A stretch of DNA of 64,000 nt, taken from assembly GCA_964545165.1 (NCBI GenBank), contig CAZJEQ010000004.1:17716-81715 (forward strand), written 5' to 3'. This DNA is from an uncultured Candidatus Saccharibacteria bacterium (GTDB taxonomy: Bacteria; Patescibacteriota; Minisyncoccia; Phycocordibacterales; UBA2100). Of this stretch, positions 9,659-19,391 are shown piece after piece; position 1 is the first letter of the stretch, and each line of letters opens with the position of its first letter. The position numbers and the translations under genes are program-made. The notes below the pieces were generated by a model. That model did no database searches. It was not told where the DNA came from and was given only the letters and a program-made list of their open reading frames with translations.

Positions 9659-10192
9659 ATGCGTAATTATTCTGGCCGTCGCGGCTTCACCCTCATTGAA
9701 TTGCTCGTGGTGATCGCCATTATCGGTATCCTCTCGTCGGTCGTACTTGCATCGCTCAACTCCGCCCGCAAAAAGGGTCGTGATGCGCGCCGCGTTGCCG
9801 ATGTGAAACAGCTCCAGCTCGCGCTCGAACTTTACTACGATGCCAATGGTTCATACCCGGCTACGACATCGGTCGCGACACTCGTGACTCCGGGCTACAT
9901 CGCGACGATTCCGACGGATCCGACGAACGGTGCCACCTATATCTACGTTCCGTATGCAGCTTCCGGCTCGACAGCAATCTGCAACGGCTATCACCTCGGT
10001 ACCTCGCTTGAGACCGCTGATCATGTTGGCCTCGACGCAGACTCTGACGTCGCTGCATTCCCATCAGGCCTCGCACTCTGCACGGCCTCGGGCGTTGCTA
10101 CGGGCCTCGGCTCGAGCGACATGAACGGTGTGGATGACAACAAGTGCGCTTCCACCGACGCTGGTGTGACGTGCTACGACGTCCGCTCGTAA
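9659..10192 (+). CDS. probable major type IV pilin
   Basis: RRG/FTLIELLVVIAII N-methylation motif, RDARR, four C-terminal Cys, own terminator. Confidence 0.9.
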   Translation: MRNYSGRRGFTLIELLVVIAIIGILSSVVLASLNSARKKGRDARRVADVKQLQLALELYYDANGSYPATTSVATLVTPGYIATIPTDPTNGATYIYVPYAASGSTAICNGYHLGTSLETADHVGLDADSDVAAFPSGLALCTASGVATGLGSSDMNGVDDNKCASTDAGVTCYDVRS

Positions 10193-10205
10193 ACTGATTC
10201 TCAAT

Positions 10206-10241
10206 CACGAAAAAGCGCCCCTCGCGGGGCGCTTTTTCGTG
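10206..10241 (+). terminator. intrinsic terminator
   Basis: cacgaaaaagcgcccc-tcgc-ggggcgctttttcgtg. Confidence 0.85.
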
Positions 10242-10243
10242 TG

Positions 10244-10375
10244 TACACCCAACGTCCCGTCCCTGCGGGGACGTGTCCGGGTGTAACTCAAGGTTGCACC
10301 CCACGTCACACTCCTGCAGGGGTGTGTCCGGGCGTAACTCTTCAAATTCTCTGGTGAGAATTTGAAGGTTATACT
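10244..10375. repeat. structured dispersed repeat, tandem pair (units 1a, 1b)
   Basis: Two units of CCC-MACGTC-hairpin-GTCC-GGG-NNTAACTC-hairpin-GGTT; homologous to 17392-17545 and 50488-50568. Confidence 0.9.
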
Positions 10376-10383
10376 TGCCTCTA

Positions 10384-11181
10384 ATGCTTTCCGCCCTGGT
10401 ATTCGCATGCTTCGGGCTCATCATCGGGAGCTTTCTCAACGTGGTCATTGTGCGCCGCTCGATTCGATCGCTTGCCGGTCGAAGCGGCTGCCTCTCTTGT
10501 TGTGCGCAGCTGCGGGCAATTGATCTCGTACCGATCGTCTCGTGGCTCGCGCTTCGTGGTCGCTGTCGCTCCTGCGGCAGTGGGATCTCGATGCAGTACC
10601 CGCTTGTCGAGGGAGCGACGGCGCTCGTCTTTGGGATGATCGGCGGTGCAGGCCTCCCGCTCATCTCGAGTGCGCTCGCCTGCGTTATCGGTGCGCTCCT
10701 GATCGCTATTGCTGCATACGACGCACGTCATACCATCATTCCCGATGAGTGGGTGTACAGCGCGGCGCTGCTCGCGCTGGCTTTTGCGCTGAACGAGCAC
10801 GGATACTCATTAGCACTGCTTCTCGCGGGGCCGATTGCGGCGCTCCCGCTCTTTGCATTGTGGCTGGTCTCGCGTGGTCGTTGGATGGGTTTGGGGGATG
10901 CGAAGCTTGCGCTCGCGATGGGGTGGTTGCTGGGCCCCGTGTATGGCATCTATGCGGTCGGAAGTGCGTTTGTGATCGGTGCGATGCTCTCACTTGCGAT
11001 TCTGGTGCCGCTTCCGCACTATGTGCGCGCGCTTAAAAAAGCGGGGATAGTGCGCGCCCACCGTGCGACGTCATATACAATGAAAAGCGAAGTCCCATTC
11101 GGACCGTTTCTGATACTTTCATGCTTCATCGTATGGTTCGCGCTACTCTTCGCTTTACCGCTTCCCGGCGCTTTCTTCTAG
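10384..11181 (+). CDS. pilD: prepilin peptidase
   Basis: GSFLNV, RSGCLSC, GRCRSC, YDARHTIIPD, MGLGDAKL, VPFGPFL. Confidence 0.93.
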   Translation: MLSALVFACFGLIIGSFLNVVIVRRSIRSLAGRSGCLSCCAQLRAIDLVPIVSWLALRGRCRSCGSGISMQYPLVEGATALVFGMIGGAGLPLISSALACVIGALLIAIAAYDARHTIIPDEWVYSAALLALAFALNEHGYSLALLLAGPIAALPLFALWLVSRGRWMGLGDAKLALAMGWLLGPVYGIYAVGSAFVIGAMLSLAILVPLPHYVRALKKAGIVRAHRATSYTMKSEVPFGPFLILSCFIVWFALLFALPLPGAFF

Positions 11182-11753
11182 TGCGCGAGCGAGGCTTTAC
11201 GTTGATCGAGCTCCTCGTGGTCACGGCTATCATGATCTTGATCAGCGGCGTCGTGTTTGCCAACAGCAACGCGTTCGGCGGCAAAGTGTTGCTCCAGAAT
11301 CTGGCGTACGATTCAGCGCTCACGGTGCGACAGGCGCAAGTGTACGGCATCTCGGTTCAGCGATTTGCTGATGATATTTTCGCCGATGGGTATGGTGTGC
11401 GCTTCACACGCAATACAAACCCGACGGTGCAGGATCAGTTTGTGCTCTTTGCCGATGTGATCGATAAAAATGGTCTGTATGATTGTAGTTCAGCGCTCGC
11501 GTGTGAGCTGGTTGCCGCAAATCTTTTGCGCAGCGGCTACCACATCGCTGATATCTGTATTCCCGCATCGCAGGTAGAGCCGTGTGGGCACAGTACGCTC
11601 GATGTGACATTCCGCCGCCCTGATCCCGATGCGTATATCCGTGCTGACGGTCTCTCAACGTTGTATGAATCCGCGCGTGTCATATTTATCTCACCCCGCA
11701 GCGAGACACAGTCGGTCGTCGTTGAGCAGAATGGTCAAATTTCCGTGCAATAA
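11181..11753 (+). CDS. minor pilin (FimT-like)
   Basis: GTG start overlapping the pilD stop; ERG/FTLIELLVV. Confidence 0.85.
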   Translation: MRERGFTLIELLVVTAIMILISGVVFANSNAFGGKVLLQNLAYDSALTVRQAQVYGISVQRFADDIFADGYGVRFTRNTNPTVQDQFVLFADVIDKNGLYDCSSALACELVAANLLRSGYHIADICIPASQVEPCGHSTLDVTFRRPDPDAYIRADGLSTLYESARVIFISPRSETQSVVVEQNGQISVQ

Positions 11754-11756
11754 GCT

Positions 11757-12404
11757 ATGAAAAAAATTGAACGCTATATGAAAGTTTTCGCCGGCCCGTG
11801 GTCGGGCCGGCATGAACCGCCTCCTATCGGCAGAAGCCGACAGTCGGCCACTACGGGCGCGCCTTCGCGCGGGTTCACCCTCGTCGAGATGATCGTTGCT
11901 GTCGGCCTCTTTGCTGTCGTGATGCTCGTCTCCATCTCCGCGCTTCTGTCGCTTATCGATGCCAATAGAAAGGCGCAGGCGCTTCAGTCGGTTATGAACA
12001 ATCTCAACATCGCCATCGACGGTATGGTGCGCTCCATACGAGAGGGGAGCAGTTATCGATGTGGTGGGCAGAATCCCGGCAACCCTGATTGTCCGGAGAC
12101 CCCCGGCACGGTCTTCTACTTCCGACCAAGCTGTGCGGATTCGTGCAGCGACTGGATCTACAGTTTCCACGACGGCCGCCTCTGGCGCTCCACCACGGGA
12201 TTTAGCTCAGGGGAGCTTCCGCTCACCGCACCGGAAGTAACCATCGAATCGGTCTCGATGTACGTGATTGGTGCGACGCGCGGTGACAATATTCAACCGA
12301 AGGTCGTCATCATTATCAAAGGCTCTGCAGGTGCGGCGCGGACAAATGCGCGCACGACCTTCCACATTCAGTCGACTGCCGTGCAACGCGTGCTTGATAT
12401 TTAA
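11757..12404 (+). CDS. minor pilin (PilW-like) with unusually long leader
   Basis: SRG/FTLVEMIVAV preceded by a leader of ~39 aa. Confidence 0.85.
   Translation: MKKIERYMKVFAGPWSGRHEPPPIGRSRQSATTGAPSRGFTLVEMIVAVGLFAVVMLVSISALLSLIDANRKAQALQSVMNNLNIAIDGMVRSIREGSSYRCGGQNPGNPDCPETPGTVFYFRPSCADSCSDWIYSFHDGRLWRSTTGFSSGELPLTAPEVTIESVSMYVIGATRGDNIQPKVVIIIKGSAGAARTNARTTFHIQSTAVQRVLDI
11781..11877. repeat. in-frame structured element in prepilin leader, copy 1
   Basis: Shares GTTTTCGYCGG, a hairpin, RTGAA, CTCCYATCGGC..GCCGACAGTCG and GCGCCT with 12424-12540. Confidence 0.7.
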
Positions 12405-12405
12405 T

Positions 12406-13113
12406 ATGAAATTTAATATCCCTAAGGTTTTCGTCGGTTCAATTGCGTCGTCGGAACGTGCTCGTTCCGACGTGAATCTTCTCCCATCGGCCATGAGCCG
12501 ACAGTCGAACCGCTTGCAGCGGCGCCTCGCGGCGGATTCAGGCTTCACACTCATCGAAACGCTTGTGGCGATTTCACTTTTGACCGTTGCGATTGTTGCG
12601 CCGATGTCGCTCGTTACGCAATCACTCTCATCAGCGTTTTATGCGCGTGATCAGGTGACCGCATACAATCTTGCGCAGGAAGGTATCGAAGCACTTCGTG
12701 CGGTCCGTGACGGCAATATTCTCGCCAACGCGCTGGAAAGTGCTGGTCGCGGACTTCTCGATGGGATTCCGATAGGCAGTGCCTTCACCATCGATGCACG
12801 CGAATCGACGGCGGAAGACGCGATTGAAGTCTGCGCGGCGAATCCGTGCCCTCCACTGCAGACAGACGGCACGCTCTACGGATATGCAGCAGGTGATCGG
12901 AGTGTCGCTAATCGTGACCCCAATTGGGTCAATACGAACTTCACACGCACGCTCATTGCTGCATACGTTGGCCCTACTGATGTGAATAGTGGACACGATG
13001 CTATACGCATCTCGGTCACGGTCTCGTGGCGCACCGCAAACAATCAGACTCGCTCGTTTACGATTTATGAAAACATGTACCGTTGGGTAGAGGATGGTGC
13101 GGCTGCTGAATAG
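12406..13113 (+). CDS. minor pilin (PilV-like) with unusually long leader
   Basis: DSG/FTLIETLVAI, LAQEGIE, ISVTVSW; leader of ~46 aa. Confidence 0.85.
   Translation: MKFNIPKVFVGSIASSERARSDVNLLPSAMSRQSNRLQRRLAADSGFTLIETLVAISLLTVAIVAPMSLVTQSLSSAFYARDQVTAYNLAQEGIEALRAVRDGNILANALESAGRGLLDGIPIGSAFTIDARESTAEDAIEVCAANPCPPLQTDGTLYGYAAGDRSVANRDPNWVNTNFTRTLIAAYVGPTDVNSGHDAIRISVTVSWRTANNQTRSFTIYENMYRWVEDGAAAE
12424..12540. repeat. in-frame structured element in prepilin leader, copy 2
   Basis: See copy 1; stems show compensatory changes. Confidence 0.7.
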
Positions 13114-13115
13114 CT

Positions 13116-13637
13116 ATGAAAAAGATCTCACAATCACAACGCGGCTTCACGCTCCTGATGGCGGCACTCGTCGCCTCTATCGTGCTCATGCTGGGCTCAT
13201 CGATTTTCTCGATTGCGCAGAAGCAAATCATTCTCTCATCCATCGGGCGTGATTCGCAGTTTGCGTTCTATGCAGCAGATACTGCAGCTGAGTGTGCGCT
13301 CTATCACGATATTCGCTTGCAGGCATTTGGTACGGCGGAAGATCCGACAGTGGCGACGGTGACGTGCGATAAGGCAGCCGATGGTTCGGACCTGACTGCA
13401 GAAACGACCATTATTGATGGCGACACTGCTGCGACCTCAACTTTTTTGATGGAATTATTCGAGCGGAACGTCTTTACGAACGAAGCAGCGGCGAATACGA
13501 ATTGTGTCGAGGTCACTGTCGCCAAGAATCCCAGTACACCCTTTACGGTTATTCACGCAGACGGGTATTCGACACCGTGTGCGGGGATTACCACCAGCGC
13601 GAGAGCCCTACAGAGGTCTATTGAACTGAGATACTAG
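13116..13637 (+). CDS. PilX-like minor pilin
   Basis: QRG/FTLLMA (no Glu5), AFYAADTAAECALY. Confidence 0.8.
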   Translation: MKKISQSQRGFTLLMAALVASIVLMLGSSIFSIAQKQIILSSIGRDSQFAFYAADTAAECALYHDIRLQAFGTAEDPTVATVTCDKAADGSDLTAETTIIDGDTAATSTFLMELFERNVFTNEAAANTNCVEVTVAKNPSTPFTVIHADGYSTPCAGITTSARALQRSIELRY

Positions 13638-13663
13638 ACGGCTGTTTTTTCCTGCCACTCTAG

Positions 13664-15975
<2,312 letters not shown>

Positions 15976-15976
15976 T

Positions 15977-17386
15977 ATGGATCTCTCAAAAATCACGCTC
16001 AAGAGCGCACGCGAGTCGCTCGATAAGAAAGAGTTTTCCTCCCGCGAACTAACGGACGCCTATATCGATGCGATTAAGCAGAAAGACGGTGATGTACATG
16101 CGTATCTCGAAGTCTGGGAATCGGAGGCCCGTACTGAAGCAGATGCGGCGGATGCGCGCATTGCCAAAGGCAGTGCGAGTGCGCTCACCGGCATCCCGCT
16201 CGGTATCAAGGACAACATCCTGATTGAAGGCCGTACGGTTTCTGCTGCGTCGAAAATGCTTGAGCATTACCGCGCTTCGTACGATGCGACGGTCACGACG
16301 AAGCTCAAGGCCGAGGGCGCGGTTCTCTTGGGTCGCACCAACATGGATGAATTCGCGATGGGCAGCTCTACGGAGAATTCCGCATTTGGGGTCACGAAAA
16401 ATCCACTCGACCTTACGCGCGTGCCTGGCGGCTCATCTGGCGGCTCTGCTGCTGCGGTCGCAGGGGATATGGCGGTAGCCGCACTGGGGTCGGATACCGG
16501 TGGATCTATTCGTCAGCCTGCCTCTCTCACCGGCCTCGTCGGGCTCAAGACCACCTACGGGGCGGTCTCACGCTTTGGCCTTATCGCGATGGGCTCGAGT
16601 CTCGATCAAATCGGTCCGCTGACAAAAACGGTTGATGATGCACAGATACTGTTCAACGCCATCAAGGGATACGATGCCAACGACAGCACCTCGCTTCCAG
16701 ATGTCGCGATGACTGCAAAGCAGCCGCGCGTGATCGGCGTGCCGCGCGCATTCTTTGCACATGGCGTCGATCCAGATGTGCTCGCAGCATTCGAGAAGAA
16801 GCTCGCGGGTCTTAAGGATGCCGGCTATGAGCTTCGCGATATTGAATTGCCGACAGCCCCATACGGGCTCGCCGTGTACTACATCGTGATGCCGGCAGAA
16901 GTGTCGACCAACCTCTCGCGTCTTGATGGTATCCGCTACGGCCACTCGGTGCAGGCTGAGACGATCGCGGAGGTGTATACCGCATCGCGCGGTGAGGGCT
17001 TTGGCCCCGAGACCCGACGCCGTATTTTGGTCGGCAGCTTTGTGCTCTCGGCGGGCTATGCCGATGCGTACTATCGTCGTGCCAAAGCCGTGCGCGCCGA
17101 AATCACTCGTGAATTCAAAGCGGCATTCGAGAGTGGTATCGATGTGATCGCCACTCCTACCACGCCATCGCCCGCATTCAAGATCGGAGCGAAGTCTGAC
17201 CCTGTTGCGATGTATGCGGAAGACCTTTTCACCGTGCCGATGAATCTCACCGGCAATCCGGCGATATCTCTGCCATCAGGCATGGTTGAGCGAGATGGAA
17301 AAAAACTCCCTGTCGGCATCCAGCTCATTGCGCCACATCGCGGCGAGGAAACTTTGTTTACAATCGGCCGCGATCTTGAGCAGTAG
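15977..17386 (+). CDS. gatA: Asp/Glu-tRNA amidotransferase subunit A
   Basis: KDNI, NMDEFAMGSSTE, PGGSSGGSAAAV, GSDTGGSIRQP amidase signature. Confidence 0.96.
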   Translation: MDLSKITLKSARESLDKKEFSSRELTDAYIDAIKQKDGDVHAYLEVWESEARTEADAADARIAKGSASALTGIPLGIKDNILIEGRTVSAASKMLEHYRASYDATVTTKLKAEGAVLLGRTNMDEFAMGSSTENSAFGVTKNPLDLTRVPGGSSGGSAAAVAGDMAVAALGSDTGGSIRQPASLTGLVGLKTTYGAVSRFGLIAMGSSLDQIGPLTKTVDDAQILFNAIKGYDANDSTSLPDVAMTAKQPRVIGVPRAFFAHGVDPDVLAAFEKKLAGLKDAGYELRDIELPTAPYGLAVYYIVMPAEVSTNLSRLDGIRYGHSVQAETIAEVYTASRGEGFGPETRRRILVGSFVLSAGYADAYYRRAKAVRAEITREFKAAFESGIDVIATPTTPSPAFKIGAKSDPVAMYAEDLFTVPMNLTGNPAISLPSGMVERDGKKLPVGIQLIAPHRGEETLFTIGRDLEQ

Positions 17387-17391
17387 CGCGG

Positions 17392-17545
17392 TATGCCCCA
17401 CGTCGTATTGCTGCACGAATACGTCCGGGCATAACTCCTGAGATTCTCTGGTGAGCATCCGGGTGACACCCCACGTCACATTCCTGCGGGAATGTGTCCG
17501 GGAGTAACTCTTCAAATTCTCTACTGAGAATTTGAAGGTTATAAT
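17392..17545. repeat. structured dispersed repeat, tandem pair (units 2a, 2b)
   Basis: Unit 2b nearly identical to 1b; unit 2a has a different but largely paired inner stem. Confidence 0.9.
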
Positions 17546-17551
17546 CTCCAT

Positions 17552-18250
17552 ATGCAAGGAGATCCTACGGTCGCTCACGGCGTCGGCTGGGCGTTTCAAT
17601 CAGTACTCGAAGTGATGTTTCGCTGGGTGCCGGCGACGCTCCTGACGATGACCAACACCTCGTCGTATCCCAATCCTGATCCCATCAAGACGCCACTGAC
17701 GCAGCCGGTCTCGACGACCGACGTGGTGAACTTCCTCCAAATAGCGTCGCCCGCATCGTTTGATCAGCTCTTCCATCAGTGGGCGCTGTTTGTCGCGATT
17801 TCCATCATGCTCTCATTGCTCCTGGGTGTGGCATGTCTCTACTGCGGTATTCGTATTTGGCAGGTACGACAGAATGAGCGCGCAAAGCGCCTTGCCTTTG
17901 CCCATACGGTGGCTGCCAAGGATGTGCCGAAGACGCAGCTCCGCTGGAATCGCATTCGCGAGCAGATTGCCGCACCGAGCGAAGATCAGTGGCGTCTCGC
18001 GATTCTTGAAGCCGACATCATGCTCAATGAGCTGCTCGATGTGCAGGGTCTGCGTGGAGAAACCATGGCCGACAAGCTCAAGCAGGCGAATCGTTCGCAA
18101 TTCCGTACCATCGATCTCGCATGGGAGGCCCATGCCATGCGTAATCGGATCGCGCACGAGAGCATGCACAAGCCACTCGACGAACACGAAGCGCGTCGCA
18201 CCATCGGAATGTTTGAGCAGGTATTTCGTGAATTCCAATTTGTTGAGTAA
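17552..18250 (+). CDS. membrane protein with C-terminal HEPN-like (RxxxxH) region
   Basis: TM helix, AILEADIML, AWEAHAMRNRIAHE. Confidence 0.7.
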   Translation: MQGDPTVAHGVGWAFQSVLEVMFRWVPATLLTMTNTSSYPNPDPIKTPLTQPVSTTDVVNFLQIASPASFDQLFHQWALFVAISIMLSLLLGVACLYCGIRIWQVRQNERAKRLAFAHTVAAKDVPKTQLRWNRIREQIAAPSEDQWRLAILEADIMLNELLDVQGLRGETMADKLKQANRSQFRTIDLAWEAHAMRNRIAHESMHKPLDEHEARRTIGMFEQVFREFQFVE

Positions 18251-18302
18251 CTATAAAAAGTCGATCCCGGCAGACTGATGCCTGCCGGGTCGGATGTACT
18301 GC

Positions 18303-18788
18303 TTAGAGCAGGATGAGCTGGGGCGGCTTGTGTATATCGATCGGCGTCGTGCATTGTTTCGGACGTCGCCGTACGCGTACGCCAGCAGCTCGCTTCTTCG
18401 CATTGGCGCTTCTTCGTATGTTGTTGCGCCGCAGGAAAATCCACATAATGCCCGCGTGGAACCCCTGGAACTTCTTCCTCCTGGGGTAGTCGATCTCAGG
18501 GTAATCCATGCGGACCGTCTGTTGCACATGCAGCTGCAGCTTCTCCGTGGGATGCCACGTTTTGCTTGAGAGATTGAACAAGCGCTGAAGCTCCCCGTAC
18601 TGCAGGTCTTGTCGCCACCACTTCTTCGACGTGGCGACATGCGAAATGGCATCTCGAAGTTCAAGATCGCTGGCGTCTGTGTGCTCGGGACGTTCGTAGG
18701 TCGGCTTCGCGACGGTGCGAATTCCGTACTGGTCGAACATCTCCGCATACGTGTCGGGTGGGGCAAAAGGTGCGTGGACCTCGGCCAT
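18303..18788 (-). CDS. hypothetical protein
   Basis: Fills the gap; GAGGAG SD-like sequence before ATG at 18788. Confidence 0.5.
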   Translation of the reverse strand: MAEVHAPFAPPDTYAEMFDQYGIRTVAKPTYERPEHTDASDLELRDAISHVATSKKWWRQDLQYGELQRLFNLSSKTWHPTEKLQLHVQQTVRMDYPEIDYPRRKKFQGFHAGIMWIFLRRNNIRRSANAKKRAAGVRVRRRPKQCTTPIDIHKPPQLILL

Positions 18789-18927
18789 GTGCATGCTCCT
18801 CAATCACGTGAGAGGGGAACGCTACGCTGGCGTCGTTATACCGCGGTATCGGTGTGCTTTCAATGAGTCTCGTCGGACAGCGATTCATTGCGAGCCCATT
18901 CGCTTTGTAGTAAAGTACTCCGACGAT

Positions 18928-18999
18928 AGCGGGGTGGAGCAGTAGTAGCTCGCCAGGCTCATAACCTGGAGGTCGGGGGTGCAAGTCCCTCCCCCGCAA
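18928..18999 (+). tRNA. tRNA-Met(CAT), probable initiator
   Basis: Acceptor gcgggg/ccccgc with 1:72 mismatch; anticodon arm ccagg-ctCATaa-cctgg. Confidence 0.9.
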
Positions 19000-19003
19000 C
19001 ATG

Positions 19004-19039
19004 AAGACAAAACACTCGCTTTCGCGAGTGTTTTGTCTT
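19004..19039. terminator. bidirectional terminator
   Basis: aagacaaaacactcgc-tttc-gcgagtgttttgtctt. Confidence 0.8.
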
Positions 19040-19049
19040 AGGGCGACTT

Positions 19050-19229
19050 CTAATCGTTGAGAATACTAATGACTACTTGTGCAATGAGTCCGACAAGGAG
19101 AAATACGAGCGCGATCCAAAATGGCTTCCATACCCAAAAGAAGACCGCCTGCATTGCCGTATAGACGAAAAAGATAAAGACGAGGGGAAGCACCACGAAG
19201 GAGTTGAACATGAGAATCTTGTTCCACAT
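19050..19229 (-). CDS. small two-TM membrane protein
   Basis: MWNKILMFNSFVVLPLVFIFF...; TACAAT 6 nt upstream of ATG. Confidence 0.7.
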   Translation of the reverse strand: MWNKILMFNSFVVLPLVFIFFVYTAMQAVFFWVWKPFWIALVFLLVGLIAQVVISILND

Positions 19230-19305
19230 GGTTGCATTGTATACCTTTTCAGGTGTGCTCTCCCGCTCGCAAAAGAGCAAGATTTGCGATATTCTCTCGG
19301 GTAAC

Positions 19306-19382
19306 GTCGGGGTAGCTCAGTCGGTTAGAGCGAGCGTTTCATAAGCGCTAGGTCGTGGGTTCGAATCCCACCCTCGACACCA
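19306..19382 (+). tRNA. tRNA with CAT anticodon (elongator Met or Ile2)
   Basis: Acceptor gtcgggg/cctcgac; agcgt-ttCATaa-gcgct; GGTTCGAATCC; encoded CCA. Confidence 0.92.
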
Positions 19383-19391
19383 AGAAAGAGG

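Noticed and set aside
10244-10375. Repeat units as integron attC sites (TAAC...GTTA ends)
   Set aside because: The R''-R' span is only ~43 bp or less, there is no L-box/unpaired spacer layout, the flanking genes are core genes and no integrase is visible.
11817-11850. ZTP (pfl) riboswitch-like GACUG...GGAG on the minus strand of the pilin-leader element
   Set aside because: It is antisense to the operon, has no CGCCUGGGC-type 3' domain and no purine/folate gene context.
17392-17545. Repeat pairs as a mini CRISPR array
   Set aside because: Only two units per locus, the variable parts are self-complementary and shared between loci rather than unique spacers, and there are no cas genes.
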